The translations under genes and the position numbers were made by a program. DNA of 60,656 nucleotides, counting the filler, from Sphacelaria rigidula (taxonomy: Eukaryota): the NCBI GenBank assembly GCA_964200075.2. It is 10 parts of 10 records of this genome, joined end to end, with 100 filler letters (N's around TTAATTAATTAA, not from the genome) between each part and the next. Parts side by side here need not be neighbours in the genome. Positions count along the whole stretch, not along the records: positions 6,077 to 12,052 come from CAXNAA020023069.1; positions 12,153 to 18,128 come from CAXNAA020023070.1; positions 18,229 to 24,204 come from CAXNAA020023071.1; positions 24,305 to 30,280 come from CAXNAA020023072.1; 6 more parts are not named here. One strand, written 5' to 3'. The notes under the pieces are model-generated. The model had not been told where the DNA came from and made no database searches. It saw only the letters and a list, made by a program, of their open reading frames with translations. This document shows positions 11,258 through 24,476 of this stretch, piece by piece; the stretch's first letter is position 1; each line of letters opens with the position of its first letter.

Positions 11258-11402
11258 ACCAACCCCAACGCTAACCCTAACGCTAACATCGACCAAGGCA
11301 TACCGAGAACTCTCGGGCAAGGGGGGTGCAGTTGTTTAGGTGAAGCGTGCGTTGTGAGAGCTCAAGTCGACGCCTCTGAGCCGATTTTGGACCAAAACAC
11401 GT
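11258..11402 (+). repeat. Dispersed repeat headed by degenerate telomere-like (CCCTAA/CCCCAA) units; copies at ~38513-38650 and ~17600-17725
   Basis: Shared core CAAGGCATACCGAGAACCCTCGGGCAAGGGG...TGCA...GAGCTCAA.TCGAC...CCGATTT...CAAAAC.CG. Confidence 0.75.
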
Positions 11403-11980
11403 TCTGAACGACCTGGTTTTCTGCTCACCACTGCGCACCTGCCCCAAATCATGAATTTTTTCAGAACTCTCTTCAGTCGGAAACCAAGTAAAATCGAGTG
11501 CCAATCATTGTTTATGTACATTTCTCAGGTCTACCAGTGTTGGGCCAAAAGAAAAAAAGTCAAAGGTGTGCGGATTTTCGCATACAAGAGTGATCGTATA
11601 AATTATCAGCTGGAATCATCGGCAAAGTGGGTGTAGTCCATACGAGCGAGGTGCTCCAGAGGGAGGACCTACGGCTCACCGCCCACGAGCGAGGTGCCCC
11701 GGAGGAAGGACCTACGGCATAATATGCAGCATATCTGAAAAGTGTGTTCGAGACTGGATTGTCGGCACAAGTTGCACATTGAGAACGTCATTGTGTCGCG
11801 CGTTCGGTGGCGTGTATGGTGTTGCTCGGTACGGGTTCCTTGCGGGCCCCATGGTCCAACGATAGGTGTGACCACGCCTCGCGTTCCAGCGCATCACTAC
11901 ACCTAGGGCGTTGTATATGGAGTGTGCAATCTGCCTGGAAAGTAAGCATCTCAATTGCTTTCGACGAAACGACAACGAAC

Positions 11981-12025
11981 AACAAATTGTGCGAATTGAG
12001 GTTTAACTTTGAGATGAGGTTCAAG
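11981..12025 (+). repeat. Dispersed repeat fragment, also at ~54510-54552 (both near contig ends)
   Basis: CAAATTGTGCGAATTGAGGTTTAACT..GAGATGAGG.TCAAG is present twice. Confidence 0.8.
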
Positions 12026-12220
12026 CCTAAAACAGTGCTTTCCTCACACTTTNNNNNNNNNNNNNNNNNNNNNNNNNNNNNNNNNNNNNNNNNNNNTTAA
12101 TTAATTAANNNNNNNNNNNNNNNNNNNNNNNNNNNNNNNNNNNNNNNNNNNNCCTCACGTCGGGCCGGTGGGTGGGTTGGGTGGGGGGGGCGGGGAGGGG
12201 TGGGAAGCAGGGAGAACGGG

Positions 12221-12303
12221 AGGGGGGGGGGGGGGGGGGGGGGTGTACTCATGATCATGCATGCTATAGTCATATGACCATTGACCTCGCATCCCTACAA
12301 AGC
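12221..12303 (-). repeat. Family A variant (subfamily B) short repeat; also at ~30206-30275(-) and 42532-42574(+)
   Basis: Shares GGGATGCG-x-GGTCAATGGTC-N4-GACTA...GAGTAC(C)n with family A but has a different middle segment. Confidence 0.75.
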
Positions 12304-15300
12304 AAAAAAAAAGGAGGGGGGGGGAGGGCAAGCAGTGATCCTCAAGCGACCACTTGACCATTCACTCGTCCGCCTATGAACAAACGACCAGGAGCTGGAG
12401 TCCTATCATGACACATCGTTGGTGTAATTTTAGTCTTGAACGGATGGGTCTTGGAGGCTGGGCTCCGGAGATCTCTGATGGAACTAATCGTAGCGGAACC
12501 GACCACCCCCTTTATCTGCTGTTCCTCATGCCGACATGCGATCTTCAACCCTGAAAGCGCTTACTAATCCAAAGTTCAAATGCCCGCTTCATGACCAAAA
12601 TACAGGGTACTGCATTGTCAACACTGTACCGTACGGTACTGCTCTGTACATTATCCGGATGCCCGCAGCGTGGCCGGGGGAACGCCGATAAAAGAGCCGG
12701 TGTTGAACGCCATCTATTGTATGATGCGATCAATACATGCGGACTCTACTGCTAACAGTGCGCAACATGTACATCCACCTGCTGGAACGTACAAGCAAAT
12801 TCAGAGAGAAACCCACCGAAAACCCACGAAAACAGTACATCAAAAGGCACCACTTCAACACTTCATGCGGCAATACGATCATGGTACCTCCCACCCCGAA
12901 ATGCCATACCATCACCTCGTGCGACGCTCAACGTAGACGATGGGAACACAGCCCTTGCTCCAACCTTTATCGTCCTTGACACTGGTGGCGGCTCATGACG
13001 GCCCACTCGTTGTAAATCCACACCTTCATTCCACCTTAAGCCTGGTTGCAAGAAAGCTGCGGCATCTCTTACTAGAGATAGAACACTCAGCGCCCCGTAC
13101 GCTCTCGTGCGGCACATCGTTCTTCCTTGGGTCATGATGGCATGATGCATGTGGACAGGACGCGGAACGACACTCGATACATTTGTCATTATCTAGAGTG
13201 CCATTATCCAATCGATTACACACCGCGCACATTGCCAAGCTGCTACACGACTACTGTGCGGTGCAGTACAGTGCAGTACAGTGCAGTGCGTCTAGGCTCG
13301 AAACCTAGCATGAGCATGAGGATAGGCTTGGCAACAGCACGAGCTCTTGGTTATGCTAATCGAGGCGCACGGCGGGCGCGGAGGTATGTCTTGTATCTCG
13401 TTTACAGTCGCATATGCAGCAGCGCAGACAGCCAGCTCAGCATCACCGCACGAACACGTTAAAAAGCTGGTGTTGGTATCCTCTACTCTCTGTGATGACA
13501 CACGCCAATGAGGGAGCTGTCTCGCGATATTTTGCACGTGTTGTTAACTCGCTGAAGTGCACATGTGGCACGACGAATGTGGCATAGTTGATTCATCTGA
13601 GTGGAGACGTTCACTTGCAGTTGGGTGGGAGTACCGGAGCCTGTGCTGACGACTGAGAGCCAGTCCTGTACTGTTTGACTACAATAGTGTTGAGCAAATT
13701 TGACTTCACGATGGACGTTCAGCACTAGATCTGGCCTGCTGTCACATACAGCACTGGGCGCCTTGACTATTTTTTTTCAGAAGGGTTTTTTCTCGCGACT
13801 ACTTTTTGATAGGACTCGAAAGTGCTAGAGTTGGCAGATTTCGGTAAAATGAACTGACAATATTTCCCTCCCTAGGGCCCAAGTTGGTGTCATCTGGTTT
13901 TATTGGGCGATATGACCAGATACCCCGCTTATCAGGCGGGTGTTATCAGGCGGGTGTTATTGACAGTTATTTACACTTTTTCGGCTTTAGTGCCATGACT
14001 AGGTAGAGTTAAAAAAAACTGTACATTTACCCACGAGATCGATAGGGACAGGCTCGATCGACCGATAATACCGAAGGATCGGAATCTGGGCTGAAACGTG
14101 TCAGGACCCCGATGACAGGTCAGCCCGTGAGTCACTCAATATTGAGCGCAGATATATATTTTTTCTCGAGATGTGGAACGGGTGCAAGTATCTTCAGATC
14201 CCCGATGTTATGAGCGTTGGCGATCGAAAGAGCCTAAGAAAATCACCAATTACGGAGAAATTACAAAATGAATAGTTCAGGCACTCATTACTGTGGGGGT
14301 AGTATAAGCGTTGGTTCATGTACATTTGGCATACTTGTTACATCTAGATACTGGTACTGTTTTCCTTCCCCTGTGTCGGTCATTTTCCTGATATTTCCCT
14401 AGTTTGCCATCGACATCTCATGTTTGTGGAATGCTACTCGACTAATTTTGAAACTAAACAGCAGACCATGCAAGGCAGAAAGAACATCGACAACAGCGAG
14501 GGCGTCCAGTCAGCCGTTCAATCCTCGGGCGGTAGGAGGGCAACAGCAACGAATACATTCTCTGTCTGCGGAGGGGAGAGTGTTGGAAGAATTTGTCGCG
14601 GTGAGAAGTCTAGATCCTCAGATGCGTGCTGAGTGTGGGGTCACTCCTGATCTGGAATCAGCTTGGGTCGGGTGAGGTAGCACTTACACCGTCGTTGGAC
14701 GTGGTTGCAAGGGGCCCTACAAGATCAACAAGAGACCAGTTCTCCCCCACTCCCCCCGGAGGCCATCGATAATGGAGAGTTTTGGAAAAAAATCTGACCT
14801 TAGGAATATGCGAAAAACAGATGGGTTGTCCACGCTTAAACCCCAGTTTTTTTTTTTTTACCACGTAAGTGTTGACCGTGGGCAACTTTTGAGGGTTTTG
14901 TATTTTCTGTTCCCGATGCCACGTGGTCGGTGTCATGAGTTGAACAGGTACAAGTCGCGCCGTGAATACGTTGTTCGTGAGATTGAGAGTAGAGAACACG
15001 GTTGAGAGTGAGAAGCAGTCAAGTAATGAATGAATAGTTTCGGTTCCAAAATGCCCCTCCTCGAGCCCCGACACGTGTTCCGAAGTAGCCCGCCACTGAA
15101 GCCCTTGATATTCCTGAGTAGGATATTGACGTGTAGCTGTAAGCAAATGGCAGTGATGAGACGAAGAGAAGCACACAGAATGAAAAATTGATCGAAATAA
15201 AGCGAATAATGGAACCCACTCTGAATCAACGCTCTACTCTCAATATCACGAACACATTCTTCGTGCTGTTCTGCGTTTGTGCTCTGCGCGTACCCATGAA

Positions 15301-15636
15301 GTGCTACCCGTACAGCGCGGAAGAGCATCAATACAGTTGCCTGTGCTGCCGCTGTACCGTTGAACACGCGACAGCAGTAGCGTCAACACAGCATCCGGGT
15401 ACGAACCCGGCACAGTTCACAGCGTTGGGCATACAGGCAGTGCACCTCGGTGCCCGCTAGTCGTTCACAAGTCCCGTATCTGTCGGTGTGTGCTACAGAG
15501 CTAGCACAAGTTATGAGAATTGTACTGTTCGTAGTACGTAGCACAAGCGTACACACGCCTGTGTGTGTGCATGTGCATACGTTGAGCAAGCACGTTCATC
15601 CTCAGCAACATACACTAATCAGTAATCCTAGCTGCG

Positions 15637-15903
15637 TGGAGGCGGACGGGGGAGCCGAGACACCTGTCGACCTGGCTGAAGATGAGACGGCAGGTTGGAG
15701 GTCGGCCACTCATGCAGCCGCTACGAGGACATCGAGAAATCGGCCACCCAACGATGGTGTACCTGCGCGAGCTAAGGCAAGCTAGACGTTAAGTGGACAT
15801 TTGGTAGATGTTCTCTTCGCTGCTGCATGAGAGGCCGATTTCTGCCCTTCCGCCTCATCTTCGGCCATATCGGCTGGTTTCTCGGCTCCCCCGTTCGCCT
15901 CCA
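15637..15903. repeat. Diverged ungapped inverted repeat (~117-bp arms, ~33-bp loop)
   Basis: 15637-15753 aligns without gaps to the reverse complement of 15787-15903 (TGGAGGCG.ACGGGGGAGCCGAGA...GAAGATGAG...TCGGCC.CTCATGCAGC). Confidence 0.85.
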
Positions 15904-16740
15904 AGTCTTCCTCGTCGTCTTGAGTGACCCTTATGAACGAGCTGCGATCACCAGCGCTGTCGCATCTGCCATCGCCCCACGTATGATGTCTGTCCTACGG
16001 CTGCGTCCTCTGACCTCCCTCGTTGTGGGGCGGGGTGTCTAGTGCCGTTTCCTGAAACCCCAAGCTGGGCACGAACACTTTGAGGTGGTTTACAACTCAG
16101 AGATTGTTTTGAATTTTTCAAACCTTTCCTGAGTTGCCGGCAACATCTCTCCTCAGAGTTTCGTTTTCAGGATTTCACTAGGGGGATTAGTCATAGCCTG
16201 GCCTTGAATCCCAACTTCTTTAATTATCCCTGAGTTTTCCTGGCCTGTTTCCCCCCCCCCGAAACTCTCTAATGAGGGGGGGAAAACGTGTGCAAAAGCC
16301 TTGTTCTCCCTGCTCCCCCATGACAATACGCAATTGGACAATGCCCTCATCATCAAGGGGTCTCTCATTCGCAAGGAACTCAAAACTGACGAATTCGGTT
16401 GCGTCGGTTCTTCTGGCGGGCCGCACGGGGGGAAGACGACTACTGGATTATGACCTTAGGGTCGCGCAGATCGAAAAATATTTCCCATGTTGCAATCGTC
16501 CAACATCCTCTGCCAGCACACACCCGCACGCACGAGGACGGGAACACATGAGTTCCCGAAAGCGGTCGTGGTCAGCACTATAATACTATGGCTACAATGT
16601 TGGGTAGGGGAATGTTCCATGAGTCAGATGTAATGTAAAACCCTGCGATGCCAAGAGGCATGAAAGTGTCACGATCTAAAAGTTCAAAAACGATGTGCAG
16701 GTTTGAGGTTTAATAACAGTCCCTACTTCGTTTGCCCTTG

Positions 16741-17259
16741 TGCAGCTGGGCCGGGCAACGTTGTTGGCAGATGACGCGCCGCGTAATGTTAGGAGCTGGA
16801 CACTGAAATTTCGACACGAGATTTTTGTCATCAATACGCAGAACACAGTGAAAGCAAAGAAAAAAAATGAACAGGAAGTTGGAGAAAAAATCATTTTCAC
16901 CAACAAAATGAAAATGCCAAAAATTCAAGATCCTTGAAAGAAAAATTGCTCAAAACTCCCAAATTGGGCTGCGCGTGCAACCTTTTCTGTGACACCGCAC
17001 CCCAGTAATCCAAGTGAAACAGGGGACTGCAGGTATGCGGGTTACGGGTTCGAATCTCGGCAGATCTTCTTGTCGCAGAATCTTGTTCTGTCGTTGAAGT
17101 CATATATTATGCAGTACACTGACAAAAAAAATGGCGACAGAGAGTGCATCACCAGGTTGATCTGCAGTTCACGGCGATATACTTTCATCGGGCTGATTCG
17201 GGAAACTGAAAATATTTTGTGCCCGGGGTATGCGCATTCAACGGCCGGCGCAGCTTGTA
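16741..17259. mobile_element. Diverged, shorter relative of the 682-1605 MITE
   Basis: Ends AGCTGGGCCGG / GGCCGGCGCAGCTTGTA. Internal blocks CTGAAATTT.GACA, ACAGGAAGT, GTTCGAATC and TCTGCAGTTCAC.GCGATAT...GCTGATT.GGGAAACT are shared in the same order. Confidence 0.7.
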
Positions 17260-18796
17260 CTCGAATTTGAAAACGCCATGATCCTGCATAATAATGAACA
17301 TATGAGTAAAGAGGGGATTGTGTCCACACAGTTTATGGGCGCGCCTGACCCCCCAAACTGGGCAAAAAAAGTGTCACCGACCAAAATCACGAAAAGACAC
17401 GAACAGATCGACTTTTGGGGCTTATTCAGGCTCGTCGGGTAAAATATCCCTAACGTCATCGGAAGAGAACGACTTGGATCCAAAATTCATGTAAAGGACC
17501 CTACCGTTACTTCCGTTGTTATTCCACATATGTTGCATGCCACTGCGTAGCTTTTCGTCCATGCTTGCGATACGCTGGAATACCAGGAGGCTAGTTGGGT
17601 TGCTCCAACCCAACGCACACCGAGAACCCTCAGGCAAGGGTGGTGCACACATTCTCTGAACAAAGTGAGGCCTTGGTAGACCCCAAATTTGCGCCTGTGG
17701 CGCCGATTTCAACGAAAACACGTTCTGCTCATACGAGGAGCCCACGGGAATGTCAGTGCTACTTGAAATCCGATTGTTGTTGTACACATTCAAACCAAGT
17801 AATATAAACCATGAACATTTGTAGCCCAACGCCTGAAACAGGAACGCTGAACCATTTGTTATTGCGAAATCATATGCTCAATATGCGACAGAACCATATG
17901 TACTGATGAACTACGACGAGGATGGCTCTTACACAGACGAGTGGAGTACAGTCGTCGGGTGTGTCATGTAGGCTGGGCGGATGTTGGTCTATTTCCTCGT
18001 CATGTTCATCGTTCTAGAATTTTATCGGATGAATGACTCGCCCTGTGCAAGCGTATTTGTTGTTCCGTGGGTACGAGCTGGGCCAGCCTAAAAACGGATT
18101 TAAGCTCTAAAAGCAATATCTCATCGACNNNNNNNNNNNNNNNNNNNNNNNNNNNNNNNNNNNNNNNNNNNNTTAATTAATTAANNNNNNNNNNNNNNNN
18201 NNNNNNNNNNNNNNNNNNNNNNNNNNNNTAAAGCGAATGATCAAAGCCACTCTCAATCGTATCATCTACTCTCAATCTCAAGAAAACACTGTTATTTCTG
18301 CCTCGATTTCGGAGTGAAATACGCCTTTTAGCCCATAATCGTGCTTCGCACATACCCTCTGGGGGAGCGGAAAATAGGAAACCCCCCAAAATAGGCGAGA
18401 GGTCGGGGGGGTGAGGTCGTCAATGTGACCATAACTTGTCATGACTTTAGGTCAGGGACAGCAATGTTTTGGAGTTGGACCTCATTTTCACGTACACGGT
18501 GTCATGCCAGAGCAGCGCAAGCGGCCAACATCACTGTCATAGTCATCATGATATCTCCAAGGGGAGTAGCCAAGTCATATACACCTACATATGAAGCGCA
18601 GTCGTGGTGTGTGTCTATCGGGGCTGTGCGTGCACCAAGCTGCATGAAATGAGGAATAAGCAGCAACGCTGATTTCGGGGGAGTCCTATTTCTGAATCTT
18701 AGATGAAAACGAATGTCGCGATGTGAAAACATTCGTGCAACTTTGCGAGTTAACGTCACGAAAAAAAATACTGTTTCATCAAGAACAAGCTCTGCG

Positions 18797-18909
18797 TTCA
18801 ACCCCTTGACCGCAACGGTAGATCATATTGGCCATACGAGTACCTTCATTTTTCAAGTGAAATTAATACTGATTCGACACATGACCTACGCTGGTGGCCA
18901 AAGGGTTAG
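18797..18909. mobile_element. Tiny piggyBac-type MITE, diverged
   Basis: Ends AACCCCTTGACC...GGCCAAAGGGTTA; interior is homologous to 30762-30873. Confidence 0.5.
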
Positions 18910-19932
18910 CCGTGTGAGCACTGGGCTACAAACCGAACTTGAGGGTCCATGTTAACGAGACCAAACTAAAGAAGCGAAGAGCAAAGCAAGCCTCCAAAAA
19001 AATAGCATGCTGATTGGTTGCCGCGACGACCAACCAATGTGCCGCTTTTGAACGCTTGCTTTGCCCTTTGCTCCGTCTTTTGGTTCCGTTGGGATGGACC
19101 CCAGTCATCACCCCCAAGATGGACACTTCAATCCGTTGCTGTCTTACAGTAGTGCTGTTTGACCCTCTGGCAGCGACAAAGCGTTATCTGGTTCTTAATG
19201 GATCATTTTTCTCGCAAACGTGACAATGATTCAACAGATGGCCCACCCTCGAGGTCAAGGGGTTGACAGCAGCAGCTTGTAATTTCCTTTCTTCATCCCC
19301 TCGAGCCCTCCCCCTCGTTGGAACAAGTTCATGGTCTCAAGGAGCCGGCTCTTCTCTCCCCAAGCACATGTCTGACGCTTTGCGGTCGAGAGTTGGACCA
19401 GCACTTCCGCACCCCGTGAAATTTCAAGGAAAATATTTTGATGCCTCCTCACACTCGCAACAGCAGAATGTCTTGTTTACCCATTCTTCAACGCTGTGCA
19501 CACAAAACATGCATCACACATTCTCGTTCCCCCTCGTAGACACCAACACATGGGGGGAAACATACAGAACCCGATGGACATACACATTACTGGGCGACGA
19601 TGATTGCAATTGGTCTACAGTCTCTGATATTCACGTACATTCTCAGCTTCGATCGCACGACGAGCATAAGCTATGTATTCATGTGAAGCTCAAGCCTATA
19701 TACACATGTACTTTTGGGTGTCGTGCCATCTCCCGCACCGCCATCTCGTTTAAAATAACAAGAAATGAGCATGAAGCATTGTTCCATTCATTCACCACAT
19801 GCGCGTCAAATTCTGAACCAAGCAACCATCTGAACCAATAAATAAATAATTCTAACACGTACGAAATAGCATGATTCCGTACGACGCACAACGCATAGAT
19901 ATCGTCTTCTTCCGTGTAAACGCCTGGGCAGG

Positions 19933-22900
19933 TCACAGCTCCGTGGGGAATGTGATGACAGCATCGTCCAAGATTCCAGGGTTGATCTTGATGAATCCGG
20001 CCATGGCGACTGTGCAACAACATGTGAGGGTGTAGGGGATATTTCACAGCCATGTCCTTAGATTCACATCGGCTGCTATCCGAAGATGGAGGTCGTTGTT
20101 TGAGTTGGGTAACCAAAAACAGCGACACTTCATGACGATTGCTCAGCCTACCGCGAACTCTTTGGGGTTTGGGGTTATCTCATTCACCCTGCTGCGCGCA
20201 GACGAGCCCAACGGTGCAGGTTAACACATCACTTCTCCGATTTGACAGGATATACACACAACTACCACAAGGTGCTTCGAACAACTGCATCGTACTACAT
20301 GCGGCCTTCAGCGGGTACAGTACTTCACATTATCCGGAATAACGACACGCGGATCACGTCGGACAAGACCAAACACTCAACTCTCTGTTGGTGCGATTAT
20401 TTCGCACGCAATGGCTGGTTCTATTTGAGACGAAAGTTTGCTGTATCAGCAGCAGGCTCGACTTCCAAAACGAACCTACTCTGGGAATATCATGTCTTTC
20501 GAAACAGCATTAGTTCAAGTGCTTCCGCAGACGAGGAAATGAGATATCCCGAAACATCAGGGTCGCTGCTCGAAATCTCAGAAGCTTGCATTATGGCACA
20601 CTTCGGATAGATTGTGGAAGAACACAAACAGTCGGTTAAACAACTCACCAATGCCGATGGAGATGGCGAGGATCCAGTTTTGCTTGTACGGATTGACGAT
20701 CTCCGCTCTCATTTTTGACTGAGAAAATTGATCAGGGGCCGGTGCTTTCTTCTTGGCCTCCTTCCTCGCGGCCTTCGCGTCGACCTGTGACCACGAACAA
20801 GAGGTGAAGCAACTCTGGTCGTTCAGTCGGGGGATTGGAGTAAGTCCATGACAGAGAGATCACGTTGGTGACGAATCACGACTTGTCAGACAAGCGCGTT
20901 GAAAGCAAACCCGTGCAAGCATATCGACCAAAGCGGCAAGCTGCTGCTGCAGAGCGATTCATATCTAATGGCACATGGGGCGCAAATTTCATGCACTTGA
21001 AACGTTTCCATGCGTTGGTGGGGTACGAGAATCGCAGCAGCTTGCATCGCTAGCACTGCTGTTTTTGCACAAGTACACAGAGCACCGGAATATTCGAGCC
21101 TACGGCGAGGTCTATGGGAAAGAGCAGGAAGGTGTCGCTGCTGCATGGCATGTACCCCGTTGTGAACGTCGAACAAATGCGCCAGTGTCTCCTTGAATTG
21201 GGCACTGGTTAAACTTGAACTCTCGTCACTATACTGTCCACTCGTACGCAGCGATCGACTTGGCTCACGCGGATTGCGTCAAATTTATTCACAAGCAACA
21301 ATATCACCGTGTGGTGTACCGAGCACCGCTTTGTTGACCCCCTGGGGAACATAGGGCGCTTGAACTAGTTTCACAAGGAGGTAGTGTTTCAAGTTCAAAC
21401 GCCTTTTGGTCGGGGTAGGTAGTAGCCATGACGGCGTCACGGTTGCTGGTGCCCTCGAAACTCCATCCGGATACCGATCACTGCTTAATGGCAGAATGCA
21501 CACTGGTGTATTTACTCATTCGTACCCAGTGTTGGATTGTTCACTAGGTAGAGTTTGGGTTGGATTGAGTACTGAATCCAAGTAAAGACGCGGAGGACCG
21601 GCTCCTTTTAGTGGCGGGACACAGATCCTGATGTTTTTGGCGAGGGGTTATCAGGGCACACGGCCGCATCTGTCATGGTTTGGTGATTCCCCTGGCAGCG
21701 TCTCCAAACTCCCAGACATGTGTATGATGCCTAATGCTCGTTCTCTGAAGAGTTATTATCTCGAAAACTGTTTCGAAAAAGGCAAACCGCCAGTGTAGCA
21801 GCAGCACTCATCAAGGATGGTGAAATATTGTAGTCATGGGTGTCTTCGTCACGTGCACCAGATAAAGCTGAAAGTCACCTCGTTGTAGTCGATCCAGTAA
21901 TCCTCGCCCCTGAGAACACTTTCGCGATCGGTTTTCACCAATAGAGGCCGGAGTTCACCTTCTTCCTCCTCCAGTACCCTGAGTATGCCGTCGACAACGT
22001 GAACGATACAGGCGCCATCCAGAGAATAACCGGGAGAAAACACCACGGGCCAAAGACAGTTTGGCGATGTCTAAAGTACTTAACACAATCAAAATGGCCG
22101 TGCCTGTCGTAAAAAGCGCCGAGACACGCAAGATTGGACAGTCCAAGGTACGCTTAACATGATGGCGCGATAAAGCCCCTCAACAATAGCAAACCACTGT
22201 GCCCGTTTTGGAAGGCATTCTTCGACACGAGATAAAAAAAACGGTACTGTAATGTCATGACGCGATCTCCTTGTTGCAAGAGTAGTCTCGACCGAAACAG
22301 AGGTCACGCAATCTAGCACAAGTGCGCTACGCTGGATCAAGAAGAGATTTTGTACAATGACTTCGAATTTTTCTAACGTATCCACGTTGGCTTCGCAACT
22401 GTTCAAGCACCGACCTCCATCGACCTCCAAAAATCGCAGTGGATTACAACAGTTGGCAATATCACTCACTGGCAGACTTTTCAAATTCGAAGTCTCCCAA
22501 CCCTGCATTTCCGGTTCCACCATGCCCTCTGGGCGAACCGTTACAAGGGGCTATCTTGGAAAAGAAGAGGCTCGCGAAAAACTGCGGCCTGATTGATTCT
22601 TCTTGTTGCCACTCGTTTCGAGTCCAGATGAATTTCGACAAGCCCAGCAAGAAACGGTGATGGAACCTAGAATCTACGAACCACGGCGAATACTACCCCT
22701 AACCTTAACATTGTTCACACGTTGATAACGAGATACACGGCGCGCAACACATGGGCCGATAGCCCACAGAGTAGCTGTCGATCAGCTGGTTGATCAAGTG
22801 CTTGGGTTTGTTTCAGTCGGCCATGAAATCAAGTAACCAGACGACCGGGTTGTCTGCTTTCGGACGACTGCGTCGAACTTCGACGCATATTCCTGTTGTT

Positions 22901-23839
22901 CGCCCAATATCGCACCAGCGCCACTGGAAATCCCCATACTGCGGAGGACTGTGGCTATATCCGAAGGTGTCAGGTGACTAGGATGAGGGTCTGAAGACGA
23001 CGGGGCACGCCTTGAAATGTTGGGTGAACGTTTCCAACGGTTACGTTTCATAATCATTTGACAAACACGGACGTTGATCTTATTGGCGTGTGGTTGTTTG
23101 CGCGGCATCTTCTAACTGAAAAGAAAAACAGCGAAGATCATAGGAAGCGTCGGGCATGAGCATTTTGATTGGTCATTCCGCCTCGATTGGTCATCCCTCC
23201 GCGTGATGTCATGGCGACCAATCAGCATGATGCTTCTGGACGCTTGCTGTGCTCTTTTCTGCCTTTTTTGTGCTCCTTGCAATGAGGTCCCAATGACTTG
23301 CCTAATTTTTTCTATTTTGTCCTCCGGTCGCGCGCGAGAGTTATGAATTCGATGGAACTATTTAGGAACAGAAATGACGTTGACCCGTTCTTGCGGGGTT
23401 TCTCGTCTCGGCGCATTTTCTCACGGCCGAAAAAATTGACCAGACATCCCCCGAGCCACGAGGTCGAAGGCCCGAAAAATGTGCGTGTCATGTGTTGAGA
23501 GAGCAACTTGCAGCCAGTTCACACCGAACACCCGGGACTTTCTCCGCCATGTTCACTGCTTTGTCATGTTCCAAATGACGAAAGTAAACAGCCAACTTTG
23601 ACGTACCTTCGCCTCCTGGGTTTGACGCGCTTGAGCTTACTAAGGGGCAGGTTTCTCCGACGCTGACTGTTCGTTTGAAATCTCCCAATATCCGGCGGCG
23701 CGTCGGCCCTATTTATCGGTCGCCGCCTACCAGGAACATTCCCCTCCTTCGTTACAGGCTGCGCCTCCTCCAGAACCTGCGCCGCTGTGCGCACGTCTCG
23801 AAGCAGAGTGGATGTGTCGCCCGCGTCTGCCCGGCCCTC
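19933..23839 (-). CDS. Uncharacterised protein with C-terminal transmembrane helix, 5'-partial. Exons 23839-23607, 21978-21879, 20784-20649, 20009-19933.
   Basis: Four GT-AG exons have matching phases (2, 0, 1), with a CTAAC branch site before the first. Spliced product ends ...RESVLRGEDYWIDYNE|VDAKAARKEAKKKAPAPDQFSQSKMRAEIVNPYKQNWILAISIGIV|AMAGFIKINPGILDDAVITFPTEL*. The last three exons are the most secure. Confidence 0.75.
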
Positions 23840-24476
23840 CTGCCAATACGAATGCCAGTTAGATGCAAGAATCGTCCCGACATACACGACAGCTGTGATG
23901 GATGTAGGATCTTGTCGCCATTGCAGCGCATGTCCTGATACTTGCTGATGTTAAAAATGATACATTAACCCTTTGGGGACTGGGCCTCCAGAACGACCAA
24001 TGCGGCTGGTTAGGAATGACGTGTACTGCATATGCATGGAACAGTGGCTTCATGTTGCTGAAAATCAACGAATTTATGTAACGGCAGGCTTAGATGAAGA
24101 CCGAAATTTTCATCCAACCTATTCTCAGGTACAAACTGTCTCTACTATAATTGGGGTGTTGTGCGCATCAGGCAATGTACAGATGTATCAAGCAGTACCA
24201 ATCGNNNNNNNNNNNNNNNNNNNNNNNNNNNNNNNNNNNNNNNNNNNNTTAATTAATTAANNNNNNNNNNNNNNNNNNNNNNNNNNNNNNNNNNNNNNNN
24301 NNNNGCGGCAGGTGTGGGGGGCGAGGGCGGGGGGGGGGGGGGGCGGGCGGGGGGGGGGGCGTCTCTTGGAGCAATGCTGGAGTCTTCTTTGTCCAACACG
24401 ATTGACATTGAAAAGTGGTGACCTCGTCCATGATGTTCTCTCCACGATCTACCGTACAGTCACCACTCCAACTCAC

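Noticed and set aside
17891..17957. Possible isolated exon (PYVLMNYDEDGSYTDEWSTVV) and another at ~14465-14671
   Set aside because: Splice-like borders, but no recognisable homology or verifiable partner exons.
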